Positions 8,325 to 18,641 of a stretch of DNA of 35,493 bases are shown piece by piece. The notes beneath the pieces are model-generated. The model saw only the letters and a program-made list of their open reading frames with translations, was not told the origin of the DNA and made no database searches. Numbering within the stretch: the first letter of the stretch is position 1; every line of letters begins with the position of its first letter. The DNA lies in the NCBI GenBank assembly GCA_964564075.1, contig CAZLZY010000001.1, positions 1-35,493 of the forward strand, given 5' to 3'. This DNA comes from an uncultured Spirochaetales bacterium. GTDB lineage: Bacteria > Spirochaetota > Spirochaetia > CAKZLE01. The translations under genes and the position numbers were made by a program.

Positions 8325-9011
8325 ATGCAGGCAGCTGCATTGATAACTGCTGCTGGTTTAAGCACAAGATTTAACACAGCACTATCACAACAGAAAAAAG
8401 AACTCATATCTATAGACGGTATGAGTTCTTTGCATAGATGTGTATCCCAGTGCATCTCTCTCTCATACATCAAACTTATCATCATCACTCACCCCGAAGG
8501 CGATCAACTGATGATCGACCATATCGCAGCACTCTCACAACAGTATGAAAAGTCATGTGTCATCCTGCCTATAACAGGAGGGGAGACACGACAGGATTCA
8601 GTCAGGCTCGGGCTCGAAACACTCGATGCATATGCACCTCAGATGGTGATCATCCATGATGGTGCACGCCCATGGATAACTTCTGAATTGATAGATTTGA
8701 CCTACAAACAGGCTCTGAAGATCGGTGGAGCGGCCCCAGGACTGCTCTCACGCAATGCGTTGAAGGATATTGATAATAAGGGCATCATCACGTCTCATCA
8801 CAAGAGAGAACGGATCGTAGAGATCCAGACCCCTCAGGTCTTCATCTTTGCACAGATCCTCGCAGCACACAGAGCTGCACTATCGCACAATAAGCAATAC
8901 ATCGATGATACAGAAATCTTCACAGATCATGGGGGCATCGTAGCGGTGGTTCCCGGAGATTCAGATAATGTAAAGATCACCTATAGGACCGATGTGAAGG
9001 AGCACCTATGA
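8325..9011 (+). CDS. ispD: 2-C-methyl-D-erythritol 4-phosphate cytidylyltransferase
   Basis: 228 aa with IspD motifs: AALITAAGLSTRF, GGETRQDSV, IIHDGARPW, EIQTPQVF, NVKITYRTD. It overlaps ispF by 4 nt. Confidence 0.87.
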   Translation: MQAAALITAAGLSTRFNTALSQQKKELISIDGMSSLHRCVSQCISLSYIKLIIITHPEGDQLMIDHIAALSQQYEKSCVILPITGGETRQDSVRLGLETLDAYAPQMVIIHDGARPWITSELIDLTYKQALKIGGAAPGLLSRNALKDIDNKGIITSHHKRERIVEIQTPQVFIFAQILAAHRAALSHNKQYIDDTEIFTDHGGIVAVVPGDSDNVKITYRTDVKEHL

Positions 9012-9502
9012 GAATCGGACACGGCTGGGACTCACACCGTCTCGTACCACAGAGACCACTCATGCTCGGAGGTATCGAGATCAATACATCAGAGCTAGGT
9101 GAAGATGGTCATTCAGATGGGGATGTACTACTCCATGCGATAATCGATGCTCTGCTCGGAGCTGCAACACTCGGTGACATTGGGACTCACTTCCCGCCAT
9201 CTGATGACACCTGGAAAGATGCAGATGGTATGAGACTCTTATGTCTGACCTATGAGAAGATCCAGAAAAGTCGTCTAGTCGTCGGTAATATCGACGCTAC
9301 CGTCATACTGGAATCTCCTCGTCTTGCTAAGTTCATCCCAGCTATTAAAAACTCTATCGCAGAAGCACTTGATATGAACAGTGATTCAGTCTCAGTCAAA
9401 GCGAAGAGTGCTGAAGGACTTGGACCCGTCGGAGCTCTCAAGAGCATCGAAGCACATGCAGTAGTTCTTCTTTCTGATGAACCCCAAGAGATGTGGGTAT
9501 AA
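9008..9502 (+). CDS. ispF: 2-C-methyl-D-erythritol 2,4-cyclodiphosphate synthase
   Basis: 164 aa with the classic IspF signatures MRIGHGWDSHRL and GHSDGDVLLHAIIDALLGA. Confidence 0.93.
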   Translation: MRIGHGWDSHRLVPQRPLMLGGIEINTSELGEDGHSDGDVLLHAIIDALLGAATLGDIGTHFPPSDDTWKDADGMRLLCLTYEKIQKSRLVVGNIDATVILESPRLAKFIPAIKNSIAEALDMNSDSVSVKAKSAEGLGPVGALKSIEAHAVVLLSDEPQEMWV

Positions 9503-9538
9503 AAAAAACCGCCAAACCACTTAAAAGCAGCTCAACGG
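9501..9538 (-). terminator. Candidate strand-specific intrinsic terminator after the KaiC-like gene
   Basis: The minus-strand RNA CCGUUGAGCUGC-UUUUAA-GUGGUUUGGCGG forms about 12 pairs, many of them G.U, so the structure forms only on this strand. A U8 run follows (A-run 9501-9508 on the plus strand). It overlaps the ispF stop codon. Confidence 0.4.
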
Positions 9539-9575
9539 TCTCTCTATAATAATAGGCTTTTCAGCCCTGTCTAAC

Positions 9576-10280
9576 TTATAATCGTGAAATTAGCATAGTC
9601 TTAGGATCTAACTTGATCGCCATCTGTGCAGGATCACTGTCACCATGATCTTTTACCACAGTCATGACAACCTCTTCGCCGTCATACTTCATACCGATGA
9701 GTACATCTACTACATCTTTGATATTCGAGAGAGTCTCAGGAACACCATATTCATCGAAATCAACGCCTTCAACGACAGGAGAAACACTGAACCAGAGTTC
9801 TACGTTCGAATCTGTAGCGAATTTCTTGAGTCTTTCTACCGCATCATGTTCAACTGTAGTCATCTTGTAGCCATCAAAGAAGATCGAATCAGCTTTGAAA
9901 CCACCATCTTCGATCATAGTCTTGAGTGATCGAATGATCTGCTCAACGGAGATATTCTCTTGACTGAAGTTCATGATCACACGATTCTTGATGATCTTGT
10001 CATGAACATCCATAGCAGCATCAAGTTCTCGTTTTGTTGAGATCTCTTTGAAGATATCTTCATACCATGCGATGACATGATTCACATTCTGTGAGAATGA
10101 GATATGAATCACATGCTCATCTCTAAATAATTTATCTGTAGCCATATGTACTAGACAAGCGGTCTTTCCGATTCCATGTCTTGAAGCGATGACACCAATA
10201 TTTCCTTTTCCTAATCCACCATGTATGGATTTCTCGAATACACGTAATGGACTTCTTTTATTCAATTCAGCTCTAACCAT
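9576..10280 (-). CDS. Single-domain KaiC/RecA-superfamily ATPase (COG0467-like)
   Basis: 234 aa. P-loop IASRHGIGKT (Ser in the first P-loop position) and a Walker-B-like SIFFDGY. GGAGGA RBS. Lies 104 nt downstream of fusA on the same strand. Confidence 0.6.
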   Translation of the reverse strand: MVRAELNKRSPLRVFEKSIHGGLGKGNIGVIASRHGIGKTACLVHMATDKLFRDEHVIHISFSQNVNHVIAWYEDIFKEISTKRELDAAMDVHDKIIKNRVIMNFSQENISVEQIIRSLKTMIEDGGFKADSIFFDGYKMTTVEHDAVERLKKFATDSNVELWFSVSPVVEGVDFDEYGVPETLSNIKDVVDVLIGMKYDGEEVVMTVVKDHGDSDPAQMAIKLDPKTMLISRL

Positions 10281-10384
10281 ATAGGATAATCCTCCAGCTC
10301 TATTCTTTACTTATTGTACCATACCTTCTAATACTACTGTACGAAAAACCCCAGCAATCATACCGGAGTCATCAGGTATACAGA

Positions 10385-12475
<2,091 letters not shown>

Positions 12476-12919
12476 ATGTTTTCCTCTCATTCTACTGAAT
12501 AATAAAAATTTCGTTCACTACCTACATGGTCCTTCTCATTTTCCAACAACAAAGTACAAAATTACCGTATTGAGGTCAACGCTGATACTGTTCATCTGAA
12601 TAGTACTTTTGGAAGGGGCCATACAACCTATTTCCGTAGGATATGAACAACAAATCCTACAACCCAATAAAAAGGGTATCGGGTGAGGATTTTAGTATAG
12701 TTCATCCTTTTTTTCAATCCCTTTTGTACTAAATATTTGCGTTTTTCTTATCTTATGAGGAATATATGAAAAAGTAATGAATCTTACCCCTACAAAACAG
12801 AGAAAAATCACCAAGATCATATAGTATTTCTCTCTCTTTTCTATCTAGTCGAACTTTACGGATAACTCATTTCAATGATATGATCATCCTTATATCGAAA
12901 TGAACTATGAGGACCATAT

Positions 12920-13324
12920 ATGGCAACAGTATTTACCAAGATCATTGATGGCGAGATACCCTCTGTGAAGATCCATGAAGATGATAGATGTATCGTCATC
13001 CTTGACATCTCTCCAATAAACAAAGGCCATGCATTAGTCATTGCCAAAGCAGAGTACGTGACGATCACAGATTGTCCAGATGATGAGCTCTCACATTATA
13101 TGAAAGTCGCGAAGACCGTAGCTGCGAAGATGGAAGAGGTTCTTGGTATTGACGGGTTCAATATCATGATCAACAACAGACCAGCTTCAGGACAAGAGGT
13201 CCCGCATCTCCATATTCATGTGATCCCGAGATTCAAGAGAGATGGGAAGACTCCTCCTTTGAAGAAAGAGTCCTATGATGATGAACAGCAGATGATCGAG
13301 TTTGGCCGAAGACTGAGTTTCTGA
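12920..13324 (+). CDS. HIT-family (histidine triad) nucleotide hydrolase, HinT-like
   Basis: 134 aa with FTKIIDGEIP, ISPINKGHALVI and the triad HLHIHVIPR. GAGGA RBS. Confidence 0.88.
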   Translation: MATVFTKIIDGEIPSVKIHEDDRCIVILDISPINKGHALVIAKAEYVTITDCPDDELSHYMKVAKTVAAKMEEVLGIDGFNIMINNRPASGQEVPHLHIHVIPRFKRDGKTPPLKKESYDDEQQMIEFGRRLSF

Positions 13325-13326
13325 GA

Positions 13327-13711
13327 CTACTTACTACAATCACAGACCAAGACGACGGATCTTCTTGGTTCTAAGGATACCTGTAGCAGTTGATCTGAAA
13401 GAACACACTCCGCACTACCGAGAGCAGTCCTGTAGGTGCTTACCCCCAAGGCTAAGGTTGGGATCTCGATCATAGTAGGCTCTTCTGATCTATTGATCAC
13501 CGTGACCACCGCAGCCTCTGCGGTGAACCTTGCGATAACTCTTTCTCAACGCTCCAAGTTCACGATATAGCTCATAGAACGAATGATCCCAGGAAGACTC
13601 ATCCCAGACCATCGGATAGCGGGCCCCTTCAATAGGGTATGGGTTCGAGATAAAATCAGGATTGACCTCAGAATAGAGAGAATCTATCCAGCCTAGGGTA
13701 TTCTTTTGCAT
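13327..13711 (-). pseudogene. Relic of the C-terminal ~130 aa of a GH13 alpha-amylase-family glycosidase (N-terminally deleted and frameshifted)
   Basis: Frame A reads ...ARYPMVWDESSWDHSFYELYRELGALRKSY... Another frame continues ARFTAEAAVVTVINRSEEPTMIEIPTL...LLQVSLEPRRSVVLV. This is the typical GH13 tail (R.PM.W...L..LR......V.V.N.S.....L.L.P....V). No catalytic domain is present, and the 5' end overlaps the stop of the LacI-family gene. Confidence 0.5.
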
Positions 13712-14751
13712 AGAGAACCTCTTCTGATGATGAAATGAGGTAAAGTGATCCGGTAATCCTCTACCGAGTTGTCTTTGATTAATGAGAAAAGCATCCCGGC
13801 AGAGGCCTTCCCCTTCTCTTTTCCAGACTGACTCACTGTAGTAAGAGGTGGTTCTACGATCTCGCCTGCATCGATGCCATCAAAACCCACGACAGATACT
13901 GTATCAGGAATAACAATACCAAGGCTCCTGAGTTCCATCATACAGCCGATAGCGGTGATATCACTCATACAGATGACCACAGTTGGTTGGAAGTTATCAC
14001 TCTGCAGCTTTCTGATCACTTTAGCACCCTCTTCTCGGGTACACTCTGCACAGTAGCATCGAATCTGTGAACTATCTATTGCAAGGCCGATCTCTGCAAG
14101 TGCAGCCTTGTAGCCATTCATTCTCATACCAGTTATATCACGGTGGACAGATGACTGCCCTTCTAGATCCAAAGGCATCGGGACTAATGCGATCCTTCGA
14201 TGACCTAGTGAGAGTACTAACCGCATCTGCTCATAAGCTGCCCTCTCATCATCAATGACCACACCCGGCATCTGTTCTGAGACCGAACCATCGATCGTCA
14301 CGAAGGGAATCTTTCTCAGTCTGATCTGATCAACAGCTTTCATCTCTGCCTGCATACCTAAGGTGATCAACCCATCGACGGCTGCACCTCGTATCGCATC
14401 GGTGATACTCCCATGTAGCAACGGGATCATAGTCAGAGCATAACCTCTACGTTCACACTCAAGACCTATTCCCTGAAGTATCTCTACGATATAGGGATTG
14501 AGCATCACCTCATCTAGCTGTTGAGGAAGCAACAATCCAATAGAAAGATGTCTCTGAAGTGAAAGATTACGTGCCATAGGATTAGGTACATAGCCTATCT
14601 TGGTCGCAGCTTCCATGATGATCTCATATGCCCGCTTGGAGATCCTGTTCGGATCATTGAAAGCAAACGATACTGCTGTCTTAGAATATCCTGAAGCCTT
14701 GGCGAGATCTGAGATCGTAACTCTATGTTCTTTTGTCTTATATTCTGTCAT
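13693..14751 (-). CDS. LacI/GalR-family transcriptional regulator
   Basis: The HTH is VTISDLAKASGYSKTAVSFAFNDPNRISKRAYEIIMEAATKIGYVPNPMARNL, followed by a periplasmic-binding-fold sugar domain. The ATG at 14751 has GAAGGTG upstream; the track start at 14757 is a GTG. Confidence 0.9.
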   Translation of the reverse strand: MTEYKTKEHRVTISDLAKASGYSKTAVSFAFNDPNRISKRAYEIIMEAATKIGYVPNPMARNLSLQRHLSIGLLLPQQLDEVMLNPYIVEILQGIGLECERRGYALTMIPLLHGSITDAIRGAAVDGLITLGMQAEMKAVDQIRLRKIPFVTIDGSVSEQMPGVVIDDERAAYEQMRLVLSLGHRRIALVPMPLDLEGQSSVHRDITGMRMNGYKAALAEIGLAIDSSQIRCYCAECTREEGAKVIRKLQSDNFQPTVVICMSDITAIGCMMELRSLGIVIPDTVSVVGFDGIDAGEIVEPPLTTVSQSGKEKGKASAGMLFSLIKDNSVEDYRITLPHFIIRRGSLCKRIP

Positions 14752-14761
14752 ATACACCTTC

Positions 14762-14773
14762 TAAACCGGTTTA
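14762..14773. promoter_or_regulatory. Candidate LacI-family operator (perfect palindrome TAAACCGGTTTA)
   Basis: A 12-bp perfect palindrome with a CG-centred core, like LacI/GalR/CcpA operators (TGnAAnCGnTTnCA class). It sits immediately downstream of a candidate -10 TATGAT (14780-14775, minus strand) of the regulator gene, so it would cover the TSS. Confidence 0.45.
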
Positions 14774-14797
14774 CATCATATACTAGAAATATGAAGA

Positions 14798-14826
14798 TTG
14801 CAATTCTCGGGTAGTATGATTACAAT
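14798..14826 (+). promoter_or_regulatory. Candidate promoter of the zinc-ribbon gene (leaderless); the palindromic -35 is shared with the divergent LacI-family promoter
   Basis: TTGCAA (14798-14803), N17, TACAAT (14821-14826). The ATG at 14833 begins at the 7th nt after the -10, and no SD is present. TTGCAA is its own reverse complement and lies 17 nt from TATGAT on the minus strand. Confidence 0.45.
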
Positions 14827-14832
14827 ACTCAT

Positions 14833-15123
14833 ATGGCAAATTGTTACTTTTGCGGGACAGAGATCCCCACTGATAAGAAAATATACCGGACCACGCTCTG
14901 CAGCTCTTGCGGAAATTCACTCAAGATCTGCTACCACTGTCATTTCTATGATGCACAATCCCCTCACGGATGCAAAGAACATATCGCAGAACCGGTTCAG
15001 AACAAGGAATTTGCTAACTTCTGTGATTATTTCGTATTAGCAGCTATAGCTAAGAGCGGTAAGAAGAAAGAAGACGCTCACAAGAGCGCTGTTGACACCT
15101 TCAATAGCCTCTTCTCAGATTGA
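14833..15123 (+). CDS. Small Cys-rich zinc-ribbon-like hypothetical protein
   Basis: 96 aa: C4-x2-C7...C23-x2-C26...C33-x2-C36...H45-x-C47...C64, followed by a Lys-rich tail. Immediately upstream of bcp. Confidence 0.6.
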   Translation: MANCYFCGTEIPTDKKIYRTTLCSSCGNSLKICYHCHFYDAQSPHGCKEHIAEPVQNKEFANFCDYFVLAAIAKSGKKKEDAHKSAVDTFNSLFSD

Positions 15124-15142
15124 CCCGATAAGGAGCCCCTTT

Positions 15143-15607
15143 ATGCTAGAGAAAGGAATAAAAGCACCCCCGTTCACACTACCGGACGCAGATGGAGTAC
15201 CTCGCAGTCTCACTGACTTTGCAGGATCGTATGTGATCCTCTATTTCTATCCCCGTGATAATACGCCCGGATGCACAACAGAGGCATGCGGTTTCAAAGA
15301 TAACCATGAACTGATCACCGATCTCGGTGGTGTCGTACTCGGAGTCAGTAAAGACTCTGAAGCAAGTCATCAGAGGTTCCGTGATAAGTTCGAGCTCCCC
15401 TTCCTATTACTATCAGACCCTGAACATAAGATGATCGAAGCTTATGGAGCATGGCAGGAGAAGAAGAGTTTCGGGAAAGTAGCTATGGGTATCGTAAGGA
15501 TCACCTATGTGATCGATAAAGAGGGAACTATCTTAGCCTGCTACCCTAAAGTCTCCCCAAAAGATCATGCAGAGCAGATCAAAGCTCTTCTGGAAGCACA
15601 AGCATGA
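15143..15607 (+). CDS. bcp: Thioredoxin-dependent thiol peroxidase (Bcp / PrxQ peroxiredoxin)
   Basis: MLEKGIKAPPFTLPDADG...ILYFYPRDNTPGCTTEACGF carries the peroxidatic Cys in PGCT and a resolving Cys 5 residues later. AAGGAG lies 6 nt upstream of the ATG at 15143. The track start at 15092 overlaps the preceding gene. Confidence 0.9.
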   Translation: MLEKGIKAPPFTLPDADGVPRSLTDFAGSYVILYFYPRDNTPGCTTEACGFKDNHELITDLGGVVLGVSKDSEASHQRFRDKFELPFLLLSDPEHKMIEAYGAWQEKKSFGKVAMGIVRITYVIDKEGTILACYPKVSPKDHAEQIKALLEAQA

Positions 15608-16188
15608 AAAGACCACTAATACTCTCAGTATCTCTAATACTCCTACTCATCTCCTGTGCGACTCCGACCTATATGATCGATAACTCTCGAGTAAAATTCC
15701 AGGATTTTGATGAGATGACGGTCACCGCTATCGCTCTACAGAAGAGAGGTGACTCAGAGATCGATCTGGTAGCCCTACTTGCAGAGGTGACACCACAGAT
15801 CGCTGTGATAACTGCTGACAAGAAGACTATCGCTGAGATCGTCGACCTGATTCCCATGAACGTGGTGAAGATCTCATCTACACGTATCATCGCTACGACA
15901 GGGGTCATTGATTCCAAGAGTGATGCGGGGGCTGTGATCAGTTTCTCAGATGCCTACATGCTCCAGGTCCTTATCGATTCGGATGATCACTGGACGGGCC
16001 CGGTTCTCGTCGCAGGGAGCCAGCGACCTGAGGGGTTTGATGATATCTTCAAGCAGACACATGCCGGGAGTGAATCTCTCCCCTTCACGATCTATCAGAA
16101 GGGTCTACTACCCCTAAACAGTACCGACATACGTGATACGTATGTCGGCTATGATGGGATCATATGTAGTTTCGCTTTATCTGATTAA
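15604..16188 (+). CDS. Hypothetical lipoprotein
   Basis: MKRPLILSVSLILLLISC has a lipobox L-I-S-C. The start overlaps the bcp stop (ATGA), which suggests co-transcription. Confidence 0.7.
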   Translation: MKRPLILSVSLILLLISCATPTYMIDNSRVKFQDFDEMTVTAIALQKRGDSEIDLVALLAEVTPQIAVITADKKTIAEIVDLIPMNVVKISSTRIIATTGVIDSKSDAGAVISFSDAYMLQVLIDSDDHWTGPVLVAGSQRPEGFDDIFKQTHAGSESLPFTIYQKGLLPLNSTDIRDTYVGYDGIICSFALSD

Positions 16189-16205
16189 CGAGAGATAGAA
16201 CAAAG

Positions 16206-18629
16206 TCACACCTTAAGGGGAAATCCTGCCTTCTTTAGCGTAGCTACTACGTTATCCTCCGCCTCTCTTAATACCTCTGAGGTCAGCGTCTTTTCACGAT
16301 CTAGGAAGATAGTCCGGACTGTTACCGCTTTCTGCTCTTCGCTCATATTGAACACATCCAAGATCTTCACACTTTCCGCCTCTTTGACCTTAAGCTTGTT
16401 CATTACTTTCAGAATGTCACCCACAGGAGTATGGGCATCAGTAACGACAGTACAGTCGAATTTACTAGAGGGGAACTTTGGCGGTGCAGTATACTTGGTT
16501 TTATCCTTGATATCCCGATCCATGAAATCGGTAATATCCAAGATTGCCAAGGCCACGTTGCCTTTGATCTTGAACTGACGTGTGATGATGGGATGAACCG
16601 TATTCACTATTCCGCAGTTTTTGCCCATCACCCTGATGTTAAGATATTCATGAGGATGAACACCTGGCCATTCCTTAGGCATTATAGGGTTGGGATATTT
16701 CTCATTGGCAGGTTCGAACTGAGCATTCAGATTCAGAAAACTCATCAGAGGTTTCACTACGTTCAGCAGAGCTGAAAAGGGAGATTCCCCTTTGTCAAAA
16801 AAGATCACACCCAGCTGATACCGGTCTTTACTGTACTCCTCTCCATCAATACTCTCATAAGATCTGCCCAACTCAAAGAACCGGAAAGAGCTTAAGTTCT
16901 TCTGATTCTGAGCGGTCTTTTCCAACAGGGTCGGCACCATACTAGGCCGCATACGGCTCAGTTCTGGTGCGAGGGCATTCACGAGGGTAAGCTTCTCATT
17001 TCGAACCGGCCAGCTAGCCTGATCGAGCAGTTTCTCACCAATCATCGGATACGTCATAACCTCTAGGGCTTGACCATGGAAGACCATATAATCCTGAATC
17101 TTCCTCTGCATCTGCTTGGCTTCGGAAAGCCTGGTCGTCTTGGCCAGATTTATCGGAGAGACGGGCGTAATATTGTCAAAACCGATAATCCGTCCAATCT
17201 CTTCAATGATATCCGCTTCAAACTCAATGTCTTTAGTAGCTCGATAACTAGGGACGTCTACCGTGAGGTTATCTCCGTCAACGCCTACCTTGAAATCTAA
17301 TGATTTTAGGATCTCTACGATCCGTTCTGACGAAACATACGTTCCCAGAACACGAGAGATCTTAGCAGCAGAACAGGTGATCTTTAATTCGGGAGTGGGT
17401 TTTAACGCAACTTCCTGCATAAAACCTACCACGACAGCTTCTGGACAGCTCTCTTTGACTAGTTCAACCAACCTCAAGATAGTCTGCTCCAAGAGATTTG
17501 TATCCAGACTCTTTTCGTAGCGCTGCGAGGCGTCGGTTCGAAGCCCCAGACGAACACTGGTCTTACGGATCTCTGAATCCCTCCAGTTGGCCGCCTCCAG
17601 GAAGATTCGGTTGGTGCTATCCTTGACAGACGAGTCCAGACCACCCATGATACCGCCGATACCGGACACACGGTCCTTATCGCAGACCATGGTGTCTGAA
17701 GCGATCATACTCCGCTCCTGACCGTCGAGGGTAACAAAAACTCCATTCTCACCCATGCGACGGACGATGATCTCTCCGCCCTTAACAGTGTCCCGATCGT
17801 ATATATGATTGGGCATCCCTGTTTCCAGCATAACGTAATTGGAAATATCCACAATATTGTTGATTGGCCGCATACCGCAGGTGATCAGCCGGTCCTGCAT
17901 CCACTGGGGGCTAGGTTTGACAGTCACCTTATCCATAGAGATCCCCGTGAATCCCAGACAGCTGGAGTCTTTATCCACCGTTATAGTCACAGGAGGCTTA
18001 TCTTCGGTGTAGAGAGCCCTCAGACTTTTTTTCCACTCCTCGGAGAATACGTCCTTCAGTGGCTTTCCGAATACGGCAGCGAACTCCCGGGCCATACCAT
18101 AGTGTCCCCATAGATCAGGCCTATGGGTGATTGATTTATTATCTATATCGAAGACAATGTCACAGGCTACCCCAAGGTGTTCGGCTAGGCTCATACCTAC
18201 CACAGCATCATCGGCTAAGAGCATCAGCCCCTCATGGGCTTCACCTAGTCCCAGTTCATCCTCAGCACAGAGCATACCCTCACTAGCCACACCCCGGATC
18301 TTTTTAGGAACCAGAGTAAAACCTCCCGGAAGGGTCGTTCCGATACAGGCAAAAGGCACCTTCTTACCCACTTCCACATGGGAAGCCCCACAGACGACCC
18401 GTTCTTCCCCGTCACCGGTATTGAAGGTAACAAGATTCAGCCTATCCGCGTCGGGATGCTTTTCGATCCCAGTGATCTCAACCACCTTGACAGCTTTCAG
18501 ATGTTCGCCAGTAGTCTGCACCTCCTCAACCTCACAAGTGGCCAAGGTAAACCGGGTTCCTAGCTCCTGGAGAGTGATATCTTCAGGTAGATCCACGTAG
18601 TCTTTTATCCAATTTATGCTAATATTCAT
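16206..18629 (-). CDS. pheT: Phenylalanine--tRNA ligase beta subunit (bacterial long form)
   Basis: 807 aa. MNISINWIKDYV is followed by the tRNA-binding domain (GIEKHPDADRL), B3/4, B5 and a C-terminal FDX-ACB-like domain. GGGAG RBS. Confidence 0.93.
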   Translation of the reverse strand: MNISINWIKDYVDLPEDITLQELGTRFTLATCEVEEVQTTGEHLKAVKVVEITGIEKHPDADRLNLVTFNTGDGEERVVCGASHVEVGKKVPFACIGTTLPGGFTLVPKKIRGVASEGMLCAEDELGLGEAHEGLMLLADDAVVGMSLAEHLGVACDIVFDIDNKSITHRPDLWGHYGMAREFAAVFGKPLKDVFSEEWKKSLRALYTEDKPPVTITVDKDSSCLGFTGISMDKVTVKPSPQWMQDRLITCGMRPINNIVDISNYVMLETGMPNHIYDRDTVKGGEIIVRRMGENGVFVTLDGQERSMIASDTMVCDKDRVSGIGGIMGGLDSSVKDSTNRIFLEAANWRDSEIRKTSVRLGLRTDASQRYEKSLDTNLLEQTILRLVELVKESCPEAVVVGFMQEVALKPTPELKITCSAAKISRVLGTYVSSERIVEILKSLDFKVGVDGDNLTVDVPSYRATKDIEFEADIIEEIGRIIGFDNITPVSPINLAKTTRLSEAKQMQRKIQDYMVFHGQALEVMTYPMIGEKLLDQASWPVRNEKLTLVNALAPELSRMRPSMVPTLLEKTAQNQKNLSSFRFFELGRSYESIDGEEYSKDRYQLGVIFFDKGESPFSALLNVVKPLMSFLNLNAQFEPANEKYPNPIMPKEWPGVHPHEYLNIRVMGKNCGIVNTVHPIITRQFKIKGNVALAILDITDFMDRDIKDKTKYTAPPKFPSSKFDCTVVTDAHTPVGDILKVMNKLKVKEAESVKILDVFNMSEEQKAVTVRTIFLDREKTLTSEVLREAEDNVVATLKKAGFPLKV

Positions 18630-18641
18630 CTTAATCTCCCT

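Noticed and set aside
12491-12919. Possible sRNA or 25-codon hydrophobic peptide (MNYTKILTRYPFYWVVGFVVHILRK, minus strand, near 12620-12700), plus short hairpins (GTAGGAT...ATCCTAC at 12637-12660; AGGAT...ATCCT followed by a T run, near 12687-12714) in the fusA / HIT intergenic region.
   Set aside because: The stems are only 5-7 bp. The peptide ORF has no properly spaced SD, and there is no promoter I can argue for. This is indistinguishable from chance in AT-rich intergenic DNA.
16700-17545. tRNA-like GGTTCGAA motifs at about 16710 and 17535, and another at about 7110.
   Set aside because: All lie inside the pheT or malQ coding sequence, with no flanking acceptor, D or anticodon stems. No tRNA-like cloverleaf is seen in any intergenic region.
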